Assembly (NCBI GenBank): GCA_028534125.1
Contig: CM052817.1
Location: 12,650,001 to 12,714,000 of the forward strand
Direction: 5' to 3'
DNA: 64,000 bases
DNA from: Lama glama
Taxonomy: Eukaryota
Shown here one piece after another: positions 25,080 to 37,902 of this stretch (positions are counted from its first letter, which is position 1; the number at the start of each line of letters is the position of its first letter). Made by a program: the position numbers and the translations under genes. The notes under the pieces were generated by a model. The model ran no database searches. It was not told the origin of the DNA and saw nothing but the letters and a program-made list of their open reading frames with translations.

Positions 25080-25710
25080 ATCCTTTCTAAGTACATCATC
25101 CAAAGTAAATACATGATTCTAAATCTAATCCAACTAGTACAGTGTACACTCCACATATTCCATTAGTATTAACGTAGCCCATGAATTATATAATCTTTTA
25201 TTCCTCCTTTCTAAATAGTGTGTCACAAAGCTAGCTCACACTTATTCTGCAGCCAATTCAATCTCATGTCATATAATCTGTATTTATCTGTTTCTTCTCC
25301 AACCAACTTTACTACTGACATTTTTTAATATGCTGCAATTTGATTGTATTTATCCCTGTTAAATTTCTTCTTACATGTTCCAATCCAAGAGTCCAACCTG
25401 TTGAAACCTCTCTGTACCTTCCAAAACAAACTATTGTTTTTCAGTCTTCTAGCAACAGCAAATTTGTCTTCATACAATCTATCATTAAAGATGCTCCAGG
25501 ATGAAGCCCAGTACAGAACACTGAAGACCTTAGCGCCTTATTTTTCAGATCAATATGGATCAAAAAAATCAACAATATGTAGTTTTCTTCCTCACTATTG
25601 TCAAGTCATCCTACATCTTTTTTTCTGTGTGATAATACATGAGCAAACTTCCTCCTACTGCCAAGAGTAGCTTGATAAAACATTGCTGAATTCTAAGATG
25701 AAAATGGAAT
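25080..25710 (-). mobile_element. L3/CR1 LINE reverse-transcriptase region remnant
   Basis: atttatccctgttaaatttc ... ccaacctgt ... cagcaaatttg ... caggatgaagcccagtacagaacactg. The reverse of ttgataaaacattgctgaattctaagat reads ILEFSNVLS, resembling CR1 YLDFSKAFD. Confidence 0.6.
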
Positions 25711-26389
25711 GAGACTAAGCTAGGAAGAAAGAAAGTAAAAGTGAAAGAGATAGAGAAATATTGACTCAATAATTCACTATGATATAAAAATAATTGATAT
25801 TATTATTTTTAATAAAGTATTTTGACTTCCTGTGATCCTGTTATAATATGAGTTCTCCCAAACCATCCAGCTTGCTTTTTATCCCCTAGGAACTTGTGAA
25901 AATCATCAATTCTTTCCCTGGTTTACAGTTTCTGAAATGTACATGTATCTTTTCATTCAAGAAAATATCTGCATAACACCAGCTTTACCAATTTTGTCAA
26001 ATACTGCTTTATGGATTACAATCCTCTTTATAGTAAAAGGATGAATCTAGTTTGTAATAAATATTTATGAGATGCTGATTTTGTCAAAATACTGGGAAAT
26101 TGGTCATTTTCTATCTATTAAAATATCACTTTAATAGCTACATTTATTTGTTCAAAGTATTTTTGGAAATCTACGTATTGTAAGATTTGATAGTGCCTAC
26201 AATTTCATGTTTATATCTCATTAATTTTACATGTTTCAGACATTAAAAATATATTATTGTATAAGCAAAATAGTCAATTTGTGGAAGGTTGATGAGAGAA
26301 CAGATAGTTCCAAAAATAAAAATGTTGGTGTTTTTCTCTCAAACGCTTATGGAAAAGGTCCTTCCAAACATCAGAAACTTTTTTCATCA

Positions 26390-26625
26390 ATTCTGGTAGC
26401 TCAGGCTTTGACCTCTTATTTCAGTTCCACCCATCAACTGTCACTTACTAGATATGTAAATTTTGGCACATTTCTTTAAACCTTGCTGGGCCTTACCCCT
26501 CCTCATCTGTATTAATGAGATAATAATACTTTAAAAAATACATTTTTGGAAGATTAAAGGAAGGTGACAGATTTGAAGCACCTTTTATAGAGCTTAATAT
26601 TCAGAGATAGCTCAATAAATATTGT
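26390..26625 (+). mobile_element. MIR SINE
   Basis: tcacttactagatatgtaaattttggcac ... cctcatctgtattaatgagataataatac. Confidence 0.75.
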
Positions 26626-27499
26626 TTTTCTCTTCACAATGGCTTTCATAATGAATGAACAATTCATCTGTTAATTGTAAATAAGCTAGAATATAAAATC
26701 ACAATATGTATTTTTCTGTGCAAATAGCTGTAATCCTCCTTAAACAATATTGGCTCACCCAGTCTTAATTCAACCCAGATTTGACAGAGGCAAAGAAAAA
26801 TTAGATTAGGTGGGGCCTTATAAATTTCCTAACAGTAGGGGGGCTGTTTTTAGAGAAAGATTTCTTTCAGCTAAAAAATCCTTTTCTGAAGGAACAATGG
26901 GATGTGTGCTAAGACTTGGCCCCAAAGACACCCAGCTTTATTCATTCAACCTCTTAACCAAAAACTCATTAAAATATGTTTCTGTTACTTCTTTTCGGCA
27001 GAACTCAGAACAGTCTGTAACCACATTTATGGAAAATGAAAAAGAGACCAAGGTTCAAATGAGAAAAATATAATGGAATATGGGAACGGAAAAACCTGAA
27101 CCAACTGTAGTTTATCTATATTTTATAATAAAGAGAGTTTAATCATTGAGATTTTTCTGACCATGAGGACTTCATAGAAGTAGCTGAAAGAAACATTTCC
27201 ATTGAAAGCAAAACATACGGAGGCCATGTTAAAAATGAGAAAAACAGCAATTTCACCATTGCTCAAAAAAAAAAAAGCATCATCAGTCTTGATTTCGCCT
27301 CGCCATTCTGGATCATGGAATGAGAAAGAAAATTCTTTTAAGCGTAAGCCTGGTTTCCATTTTTTAAGGGAAAAAAATCAAGATAAATGCTACATCACAA
27401 AATTGAAAGTCCTGTAAGAATTTTCTAGGAAACTTCTGTAATTCTATACAGCTTTACTCTAAAGAACACTTAGAAACTGTTCTCAGTTGGGTGACAATT

Positions 27500-27700
27500 T
27501 AGCCTGGCTATGATCAGAATACGTGGGTTTGACATTCAGCTATGTGACCTCCTAATGGTGTGAATGTGGACAAATTACTTAATCTCTCTGAGGCTTAATG
27601 TTGTTATTTGTAGAAAGGCAATAATAATTGTCATTGTAAAGATTAAAAATGATAATATAATATACCTAGCACATTCCTGGCACGTGCCCTGTCAATAATG
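27500..27700 (+). mobile_element. MIR SINE
   Basis: ggacaaattacttaatctctctgaggctt ... ttgtaaagattaaa ... agcacattcctggcac. Confidence 0.8.
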
Positions 27701-27789
27701 ATAATTATTATATATAAATAGATTATTACATAATAAATTCTATAAAATATAAATAAAATGTAATACTAAAATTATTCTTGTTGCTGTTA

Positions 27790-27904
27790 TTTGGAGCCAG
27801 ATAACCTAATTCTAAGTCATCCTGACTCTGAAACTTATTAGCTGCAGAATCTAAAATGACAATCATTTTGTATCTCAGCTTTTCATCTGTAAAATGGTGG
27901 TAAT

Positions 27905-27941
<37 letters not shown>

Positions 27942-28050
27942 GCCTTCCTCTTAGATTTGTTATAAGAGTTAAATAAGTTAGGGTATGAAAAATGCTCACA
28001 TATAAGTGTTTCGCACTTAGTACTGTATAATGGTTAGTCATTATTATTAT
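27790..28050 (+). mobile_element. MIR SINE with an internal (ATC)n expansion
   Basis: tggagccagataacct ... tctcagcttttcatctgtaaaatgg, then (ATC) about 11-12 units at 27907-27941, then ttgttataagagttaaat. Confidence 0.8.
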
Positions 28051-28229
28051 GGGTATTGTATTTTTTTAATGGAATATTACTATTTAAGGTTATCTTCTTT
28101 TCCTACCAAATTGAGATGACGGTACAAAGTGAGTGAAAAAGTGGAACAGATATTATAATACAAATAAATGAATACTTTTCTATCTTCTCTTACAGAAAGA
28201 ATTATCTCTTTTCTGCATCCAGGGCTCTG

Positions 28230-28600
28230 CTATGACTTCCCTTCCATCTAGGAGGCTATATTTTCAACTCTTCTCTTATTCTCTTAGATATCTGAACTCA
28301 TTTTTCAGGTTTATTTTACAATTTACCCTAGAAAACTTTCCTGAGCCTCCTCCCAGGGTGTACCCCTCTGTGCTCCTATAGTGCACTGTGTTTTAGACAC
28401 CACATCACAACACTGAACTGACAATTGCCTGTTTAATTATCACTCTTTCATACAAAATAATAACCGAAGAGGAACCCTCTTCGAAGGGAGGATACCTATT
28501 TTATTCCTTATTAAATATCCTCCATGGCATAATACATTAACTGGATCGCACAATGTATTGTCTTGGTATTTATTTGTAAATTAACAAATAGATGAATATG
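28230..28600 (+). mobile_element. L2 3' region
   Basis: gaaaactttcctgagcctcc ... ccctctgtgctcctatagtgcactg ... tatttgtaaattaacaaatagatgaat. Confidence 0.65.
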
Positions 28601-28604
28601 AACG

Positions 28605-29170
28605 GGCCAGTATGTAACATTGCACGGCTTGGGGCAAAAGTGCAAACTGAGGCTCATGTGAATGCACATCTTAATGTATTTTTTACCAAATGGTAACAGA
28701 AATATCTATTTTCTTTCTTTGCTATATTTAAGGCTATGGTTTTCATAAAACTAAAATTCAGTAAAATATTAAAAATCAATGAATTATTCTCAATGTATAG
28801 ATAGATATTCTATTGGTATTCTAAGGGTATTTGGAAGAATTATAGAAAGAGCAGTGGAGATATCTATAATATCCTATATTTTTCTTTATTTCAGTAAAAT
28901 CACTAATGATGTTGCTATAGTCAAGATCTTTATATAATGTACATGCTACTAAAGATGATTTAATAAATTTAAGAAAAATGAAATTGTATTTAAAAATGTT
29001 CAATCTTTGAATGTACAGTCATTAAAAATCAGCTTTAAAAATGGAAAAATTGAAATTATTCTGTTTTTTAAACAACTTTTCTAAAATATTAAAAATCCAT
29101 AAAAGGCTAAACACAGATTAATAAATAGCAAATTTTAATTAAGTAAATCTAAAATTTTATTTTAATTATA
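28605..29170 (-). mobile_element. hAT (Tip100-like) DNA transposon with a transposase C-terminal remnant
   Basis: The minus frame encodes LYKDLDYSNIISDFTEIKK (28937-28881), resembling the hAT C-terminal dimerisation end. The terminal motif ggggcaaaagtgcaaactgaggc resembles the element at 8745. Confidence 0.5.
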
Positions 29171-31899
29171 ATACAGTATATTTTATATTATGTTACACTA
29201 ATAATATGACTATAGAACATAATATTGTTACTGTATTATGTATTACATATGTATACATATGTATCCATTATCTCAGATAAAGAATTTGACCAATTAACCA
29301 ATTTGCCTTTGGTCGTACCGTCAAGTCCTCCCTGAACTCAAAAGCAGCATTCATCTCAGGCATTAGAAGCGAGACCGTCACAAACATTTACAGAATTCAG
29401 ATGCAGTTGCCTTTTGTTTCAACAACATAGCAACAGAGATGTGGAGAAATACTTCTCGGGGACTAAACAGGGTCAGTCATGAGAGCAAATGTTTAGAGTT
29501 TCTAGGTTGTGCTGTGATGATGCAGAGCACTGGACCCCAAGTCAGAAGCACCCACGAGTTCTTTAATAAATGTATTCACTTGTTTCAATTTGTGATACGT
29601 AGGGTCCTCTAAAGAAAGGGATTCAGGGAAGAGACCCTTCTTGCTTGGATCTAAGGATGATGCTGAATGCGCATCACCCAACATGCTGTGAAAAAGTCTC
29701 CATCCGTGGCCCGAATGCCCAATCCCGCACAAAACACGAACCCCTGGGAGGTGGAGACTAGGAGTTTTATCATTTATAATCAAACAACTGGCACAGTGCT
29801 CGGTACAAGCTCTCACTTAAGGCAAATCTTTTAACAAATGAATGAATAATTGAATGGATAGGCTAATGCCTCATGGTAAGCTCTTTCTACAGAAACTTAT
29901 GAAAAGATGGACTGGGCTACCATGCTGACGGGACTTTAGAACTATATTATCATAGTCTTGCTCCCCTCCTCCTTGCTTTCCACCCCAATTGTTATAACCA
30001 ACTTCACTGACATTCCAGAGTAAGAATTTGATTTTCCTATCTATCTTTACTCATTATAGACTGTATATGAATTTTTTCCCTCAGTTTCAGCTAGTGTATC
30101 ATTCACAATTTATTTCTGTTCCATAAATGTTAAAACATACATCTTGATCTATACATATTATAGTACATGAAAATCTGTGCATTGATCTAGAGGATTTTTT
30201 TTGTTGTTTTCTCCATGTTTTCTAATTAAGCATATATAAGATTACTAGATAGCTGGCAATTTTAATTTTCTTGAAAACAAAGATTGGGACAATTGCATTA
30301 GCTGACAAACAAACCACATTTGAGAATTTTTTTCTGAAGCATATATATGTGAAACACACACACGTAATCCCCTAGGATGAAGAAGCCCCAGTCATGGTAT
30401 CATGGAAAGCCTCTATGTGCATGTTTGTGCATAATCCACGTCATTAACAGAGCTTCCCCAAGAAAATTAAGTGAAACCAGACAATCGTTTTTTTTTTCAC
30501 CTTTTAAGAACTATTTTCCTCTTATAAGATATTCAAAGAGAATAGCTGTCAAAGGTCTTTTTGCAAGTTCACCTAATGTATTGTTTCCACATGTGTTAAA
30601 ACTACAGCTCACTGCTGACTTGGAGACAGGAGGGTATCCAGTTGCCAAAACTTTCCTTGAAAGGCAGTTTTGTTCATTTCACTGTGGAGATATTTGAGGA
30701 ACATTCAACTCAAGGAATTCTAAAAGGTGACTTCATTTAAACTCCACTAATAAAAACCTAGATGTTTCATGTGTGTGCCTGTGATGGGGTTTTAGCACAT
30801 ACTCTTCTTCATCTTGTAGTAAAATGTATAGGCTTCCACATCTTTTAGTGTGGTCACAAGCACAGAAAACTAAGCCAGTGTGTGGCACAAACATCCATGA
30901 CTGTGCTGCCGACTCAGCGAAAACATTTTACTTCAAAGCTCATCATTTTTATTTTTAACTTAATGATCCAAAGGCTGTTACAGATTTTAAATTAAAAAAT
31001 ATAATCCAGGTATATACACATTGTGAATAAGCTACCCCCACTTGCTATTTAAAAGAAAAAAAAAAACACATTGGTTTGTATGTATCATCGCCAAAAGCTG
31101 TTGTGTGTGTTCTCAAATTCTCTTTCTCTCAGTTTCTCTTCTTTAGCTCAACAAATAATCGAGTGCTAAATATGCGCTGGGCACTCTTTGATTCGATTTT
31201 GGATGGCAGAGTTAGAACAGCACAAAAGACTAGCAGAGCTACTGATCTAAGAGCACGTATATTGGAAAGCAGGACAGCTGGGCCAGTGACAAGGTAGCAA
31301 ATTAATCAGTGGGATAAGGCTAAAGAATGACAGGCATTAGGGAGGAAATAAAAAAAGGCAGAGGGGTAGAAGTTTCCTTTGGGGAATCCAAGCATGTCAG
31401 GTGGGACAGACAGGGAGGGACTCTCTCTGAACTGCCACTGAAAGGGCTACACTACCACAGGTCCAATGCTGATCAAGATCTTCCTCTGTTAATTTAGTAT
31501 TTCTCGGACCTGTATCTGATTCTTTCTCGGTGTCGGGCATCTAGTCCTTTTACCATCAAGCCTCCTTTTTCACTCCTCCTGCCAGCATCAGCCATTCTAT
31601 TGAAATCAATTCCTTCACCTTTTCTAACTGTTCCTGTGGGACTGAAGTTATAGCCCCAGCCTCTGGCCCTATCTATGGTGGTGCATGTTGTAGGTCTGGG
31701 CAATTAGATTTCACAATCTTCTAGTAGTAGCTGGTGGCCCAGAGGTGGACAGGTGAGCCCAGTGTGGGCAAAGACTGTATATGCTGATGCTGAGAGAGAG
31801 AATTTCTCTCACTTCTGCAGAATGCGAAACAGTATCACTTGGATTCCAAGACTCCCCACGCCTGGATATCACAGTTTGAGTTAGTATTTTTTTTAAACT

Positions 31900-33000
31900 T
31901 TATTTCTTAACTTACTTGATATGGGAGTCTGTCACAACCAGAAGCACCCTGAACATTTACGTCCACTCTGATGATTCCTTCCTTCCATTATGTAAATATG
32001 CTCAAACCTCTCCTCTTACACACAAAAGGAATTACCTTTTCCAATACGATGTCTCATTCAGTTACCATTACTCTCTCTCTAATGTTCTCCTTATCCCTAT
32101 CTTCTTTTTCACGAACTCCTTAATAAAATTGTATACACTTCAAGTCTCCTACTTTCCATCAACTAGTCATATTTTAGCTTGCCCCCTGTTCACAGCATAA
32201 AAATTTTAATTTATTTTAAAGAGTATCAGTAAAAATTACTGTGTTGCAAAATCCAATAGACACTGCTCAGATGTTGCCGTTTGACCTAAAATACAGAAAG
32301 TTTCTTCCATCACTTGGACAAACCATCACTCTGACTTGGTGTTCCACCTGCCTCTCAGCTAGCTCTCTCCTTCCTGATTATTATTCACCTTTAGTATCTG
32401 TGTTTCTCTTATTGTTGTTCTCCATTGGTGCTCTCTTTGGCTCTCTTCTCTTTCACTCTTTTTTTTTTTTATTGAAGTATAGTTGATTTACAATGTTGTG
32501 TTAATTTCTGGTATATGGCATAGTAATTCATAGATAGATAGATAGATAGTCATTATAGGTTATTACAAGATATTGAATGTAGTTCCCTACGCTATACAGT
32601 AGGACCTTGCATACAATGGAATACCACTCAGCCATAAAAAAAGAATGAAATAATGCCATTTGCAACAACATGGATGGACCTAGAAATTATCATACTTAAG
32701 TGAAGCAAGTCAGACAAAGACTGGCTCTCTTCTCTTGATGTTCTTTCTCTCTGGATCATCCCAGTCACCCCCTGGGCTTCAATTGCAACACATTCCAAGT
32801 GATTCCCAAATCAATATTTCGCAGCCAAACTGGATCTCAAAGATCTAGTAGCATGCATAAAGTGGACTTTTAGATACTGTTCAAAAGACCTGCAAATTCA
32901 GTATTTGCCCCACTTAGTTCATCACATTCTTCATGAAACTTCCTCTACCCCATGATCCCCATCTCAGTAAAGACGGTCCTTGCGTTCCAAGCCAGACACC
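31900..33000 (+). mobile_element. L2 LINE body (decayed), interrupted by a young L1
   Basis: Pyrimidine-rich L2 ORF2-like sequence (accatcactctgacttggtgttccacctgcctct; ccctgggcttcaattgca ... gattcccaaatcaatatt). Confidence 0.65.
32453..32721 (-). mobile_element. Young L1 insertion with a 5' inversion (twin priming)
   Basis: Reverse L1 3' end at 32459-32609 joined to a forward L1 segment at 32610-32720. Flanked by an identical 15-bp TSD, TGGCTCTCTTCTCTT (32438-32452 and 32722-32736). Confidence 0.9.
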
Positions 33001-33369
33001 AGCATCCGTGAGGTGATTAAACTCGTAGAACTGTTCTGAGAATTAAACAACATGTAACAATTACCTAACACACTGCTTGGCCCAAACTGCTCAACAAAAG
33101 AGTAGCCATAAAAATATATTCTAAAGGAATGAAAAGAATCAAATCCATTTTAATACTTGGTGACATACATAACACATACACACATAACTTGCAAACCAGG
33201 TCAATAGGTTCAAAACCGCATTGACTCACTTTATCTTTCATTAAAAAAATAAAAATAAAAATAAAACATTCCGTTTTCTCAGCAAAAATACTTCCTACTT
33301 CTTAACAGAGGCTGTGGGGGTGCCTGAAACACCCTGCTTTCCTCCGAGTGGTATGTCAAGCATTACCTT

Positions 33370-33545
33370 CTCCTGGAAACCCTGTGCATTGATGACTTCC
33401 TCCCGGGGGCTCCTCCAGATGTCTGTACTTTCCTCCTAAAAGCATTTATCACCTTGTATTGCTGTTATTTGTTTATGAGCCTGTCTCCCTTATAGACTTT
33501 GAATTTTCTTGAGTTTGAGAGCTCTGTCCTCACCGCCGCTAAGTC
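33370..33545 (+). mobile_element. L2 3' fragment
   Basis: agcatttatcaccttgtattgctgttatttgtttatgagcctgtctcccttatagactttgaa. Confidence 0.7.
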
Positions 33546-34270
33546 TGTTATGATGCGAACTCTCTGTGGAACACACACTTTTTTAGATCAACTATAAACT
33601 CCTCTCTCCCCTAATTGCAAACTCGTGAGCTGTGAGGCATCCCCAGAAAAGCAAAAGAACTGCAACAGCCAGTGAGTTGTCTCCCTTGAAATTCACAGCC
33701 CTGCGGTAAGGCAACATTTTTTTTTCAACTTACTCTCTCTTGGAAAAATAAATACATGAAAATTGTGGTGCATTTAAAAATTGGGTCTTCATATTGAATA
33801 TCTGCAAACTTGTATCAGGGATAAGACTCACCATCAACTGAAGCTGAGAAAGCTCGTTGTGAAGCACATTTGCTTATCTCAGCTGTCTTTGATTTACTTT
33901 GTAGCTTGATTCCCTTGTGGAATCATCTGATTTGAGGTCATTTCATGGCTAATGCTGTAAGATGCTGATTGCTTGAGTTAAAGTCTCTTTTGCTCCCCAA
34001 GCCATTCCTAGGCAATCACTAACCAAAAACAAAACAATGTCAGCTTTCCAAGATTTAAAGCACTCTGTGCAGTGTTCCCAGGTAGGCTAAATAAGAAATG
34101 AGTTAGTGGCAGTAGGAAGGTGCCTAACCCCAGTGAGCTTCCAGGAAGTGTGTTTTCTAGGTCTTGGTTAAGATTTTTGAAACTCTTTTATAACATTATC
34201 ACAATATGAGACTCAAGGGATGCAACCTCCCTTATGTTTCAATGACCACCAATGTCTTCATGAAAATATA

Positions 34271-34786
34271 TGTATTATTTTGCTAGAGGTGCCACTTAAA
34301 AAAAAAAGCCATAAACTTAATGTCTTAAAAACAATGCAAACATAGTTTTGGAGGTCAGAAGTCCATCAAGGATCTCACAGGGCTAACACCCGAGATGTCA
34401 GAAGGGCTGAATAGGGATTGCAAGAGGCTCTAGGAAAGAATGCATTATCTTACCTTTTCCAGCTTCTAGAGGCTGTCCACTTTCCCTGGTTTATGATCCC
34501 TTCTTTCATTTTCAAAGCCAGCAACATTGAGCTGAGTCTTTCTCATACTTCCGTCTTCTGGTTCTCTCATCTTTTGCTTTCTTGCCTCTTTCCCTTATAA
34601 AGACTCTTGTGATTATTACCCTGGGCTCACTTATATAATCCAGGATACTCTCCCTATATCAACATCAGCTGATTAGCAACCTTAATTCCTTCTGCAATGC
34701 CTTCTGTGTTCCCCTTGGCTACTTAACCTTACAGCTTCTAGGGATTAGGACGCAGATATCTTTGGGGAGGTATTCTGTCTACCGCA
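34271..34786 (-). mobile_element. MaLR LTR (MLT1D-like), full-length solo LTR
   Basis: TG...CA ends (tgtattattttgctag ... tattctgtctaccgca) and ccttttccagcttctagaggctg. Near-TSD ATATA/ATATG. Confidence 0.88.
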
Positions 34787-34809
34787 ATATGGAGGAAACA
34801 TCTTGGTTG

Positions 34810-35010
34810 AAAGTTGACAGGTACAATGCAGGATGCACCAATGAATTTAAATTTCAGATAAACAATTTTTTAGTATAAGTATGTTCTATGCATTATTAGT
34901 ATATATTAAATATTAAATGGTATATACTTATATTTAAAACATTAATTATTTAAATGAAATTCAAATTTAACTGGGTGACTTGTATTTTATTTGCTAAATC
35001 TACAACTCTA
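34810..35010. mobile_element. MER53 palindromic hAT MITE
   Basis: Arms aatttaaatttcagataaacaattttttagtataagtatg and tatacttatatttaaaa ... tgaaattcaaatttaactggg ... tttgctaaatctacaactcta match the recalled MER53 consensus. Confidence 0.85.
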
Positions 35011-36629
35011 CCAGGAATAGGGGTAATTACTGCTGGTTTCTGATCAAGACACAAAAACACCATAAGACCTAAGTTAGTTACTTCCCTGACTCTGATACGT
35101 ATTACCATGTTGTATTTAAAAGTGAAATTTAAGACTCCAACCTTATAAGAATTATTACATAAAATGTAAAATATCTTTTTGATAGAATAATATGTGCCAA
35201 TTAAAATATTATTTTATGAATTCTCTAATTTGACAGAGAAAATTCATGTGATTTAATGTTGTGATGAAGCATGATCCAAGATGGTATACAAAGTATAATG
35301 ACAACAACACAAAAAAAATTGTTTAAACAAAATTGGAAGATACCGGATGCAAATATTCCAAAATATCAAGAGAGGATTCTCTTTTTTGGTAGGAATAGAG
35401 AGAACTGTTTAAAATTTTAGTGTTTTTTTCTCCTTTCTTATTTTCTTTTATCTATTGCTTGTATTTAACACAGATATAAAATATGCAATATGAACAGATA
35501 ATGGTAACGTTTGTCCTCCTCAAAGAAATATTATTTTGATGATAGAGCTAGTTAGGCTGTGTTGGAACAGTAGGGGGATAATTAGCATATATGAAATTTA
35601 TTCACCATTTACGAATAGAAAAAATTACATGTTGTGTGTCATGATCATTTTGCAATTTTTTCACATCCCATTCTGTCCAAAAGTAAACAGGCAAAATCTA
35701 GAGTCTATTCTTTTAAATTAAATTTATTGAAATGCCTATTGCTGTAATGACACTTGAGAAAACACATCATATTGGGGGCATTTAAATCTGTGATACAATC
35801 GTGCCAATAACAACATCAGGAATCACTGTCACCCGACTTCAGTGCCTTTGCTAATTAGCAGCATTTGTGAGAACCTGGTCACTTCCAGCAACTTGCTCTT
35901 TTGATTAATGTCTTGAAGGTAAAGCCAGCTGTTAATTATGTTAACAACCTATTCCTTGGGAATCATCATAATCCATTTTAATGGACTGACAGTTATTATT
36001 AATCAAATCCAGAGACCCAAAGAACTGTTACAAATTTGAAAATTCAGCTTTACTGAACATCACAGGATAAGATATGTATGAAAGCAAAGAATGATAGAAG
36101 AATTACCCTCCTTTGTTTTCATTAAGAAAGTACTTTTTTTTTTCCTAATTGTGTGAGTAGTCCTTTGATTGCACTATTCAGTTAACCTCTTTCCATGATG
36201 AAAAACAGCCAGCTAGAGAGTGGAAAAAGTAATTCAGAATCAGTTGTTTGGCATGTTGCAGGCAAGAAAAATGATATTAGACAGAATGCAGCAAGAATCA
36301 TAAAAGTAAACAAAATCTGACATCATGGGCATAAATTCAGCAGAAAGGTCACTGAAAGATGGAAGGGGCTAGAAAAGAGGACCAAAAAGGACTTTGTGTT
36401 TTCCTTCCTGCACTCACCCTCTCATTTACTACTTCCAGTCATTTGTTAAGTGGGACAAACGGCATTTGAACCATTGATGCCATAGACAATGTCACACACA
36501 TGAATTCCTAGTCCTGAAGCCACAGGTTTTAATGTTGATAAATACTTGGTACATTTGTAAAACACTCGAGTGAAAGAATGTTAGTTAATACATTCCATTT
36601 TGCATTGACAGTTAGATCTATGCCAATGG

Positions 36630-37210
36630 CATTCATTTAGTTGTCCATTCATTTATCCAATTATCTAGCTCCCACTGTGTGAACAGCTCTGTTTTAAGTG
36701 CTGCAGATACACAGGTGGGCGAGAAAGATAATGCCTTGCCCTCAAAGAGCTTACGGTGTGTCGAAAGGGGTAACGTAAGTAAGTAATTGTCATTCAAGTA
36801 ATTCTAGTTTGGTCTTAAGGATTGTGGAGAAAATTAAAAAGGGCAGTGGGAGACATAGAGACTTGGGGGTGGACAAGAAGGGAGTGTTCATTTAGATGAG
36901 ATAAATCAAGGGATGAGTCCCTGAGGATGTGACTTTCCCACACATACCTAGATGACTGGAAGAAATCGTCCAGGCAAAGATCTGGGGGAGCAACATTCTG
37001 GGCAGATGGTGCCAGCCCAAAGTCTCTAACGTAGAAAGGGACTTCAGGTGTTCGAGGGATGAAGAGAGACCTGTGGGCTGGGAGCGCAGTGAACACTGAG
37101 GTAGAGAATGATCTCAGAGGGCCCCCATGGCCATAGGAAGGGTTTGTTCAAGTTGTACTGGAAAGCAGTTGGCAGAGTGTTTAGCAAATGAGTAACATGA
37201 TCTGAAATCA
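36630..37210 (-). mobile_element. L2 LINE fragment
   Basis: cattcatttatccaa ... aagtgctgcagataca ... ccttgccctcaaagagcttac ... gagtaacatgatctga. Confidence 0.85.
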
Positions 37211-37720
37211 GCACATTCCTAAGAGCAAAGATTTTCTAGCTGAGACAATGGATGGCATAAACACTGGCGTTGATTCTAAAATCAAATCACATGTTTTCCT
37301 CTTCTTTTTTAACAAAACACATTTAATATTCAACAACAACAAAAAAGAGTTTGGCTTTGATTTGATAGGCATTAATTTACCTAATATTCTTTCTTCTCTG
37401 AAACTGACTGTTTCAAAATTCCTCCTCTATTACAAACACCCAGTCATAATAATCATTTATACTAACTAGCTTGTCTCTGAAGCAAGAAGGAAGCCCTCTG
37501 GCTGTATCCTCAGGGCCCTGAGCTCAGGCAGTGGGCTGGGAGATGGGCAGAGGACCTCCAGATGTTGGGAGGAACTGTGCCCACCACAGGCTGATTCTCC
37601 ATCGCCCATTGCTTCCTTGATGTACTTGGTCCCAGCCTTACTCTCTGTCCTTATATCACTTGCTTACCACTCAAAGGCATTTGATAAGAATCTGACTGCC
37701 TGTTAAAAAAGAGTCTCATT

Positions 37721-37902
37721 GATAGATAAACAGTAAGTTTATGCTGTGTAGCACAGGGAACTATATTAAATATCTTGTAGTAACTTATGGTGAAAACGAA
37801 TATATGTATGTTCCTATAAGACTGAAGCATTGTGCTGTACACCAGAATTGACACAACACTGTAAACTGACTATACTTCAATAAAAAATATATTAAAAAAA
37901 AA
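37721..37902 (+). mobile_element. Lineage-specific L1 3' end, 5'-truncated
   Basis: tgtagcacagggaactatattaaatatcttgta ... tgtaaactgactatacttcaataaaa. Imperfect TSD AAAAAAGAGTCTCAT / AAAAAAAAGTCCCAT at a TT|AAAA site. Confidence 0.9.

Noticed and set aside
27726..27941. Poly-Met ORF
   Set aside because: It is the reverse reading of an (ATC)n microsatellite within a MIR.
29243..29262. TACATATGTATACATATGTA palindrome and similar TA-rich palindromes (about 8200, 44863)
   Set aside because: An expected by-product of (TA)n low-complexity sequence.
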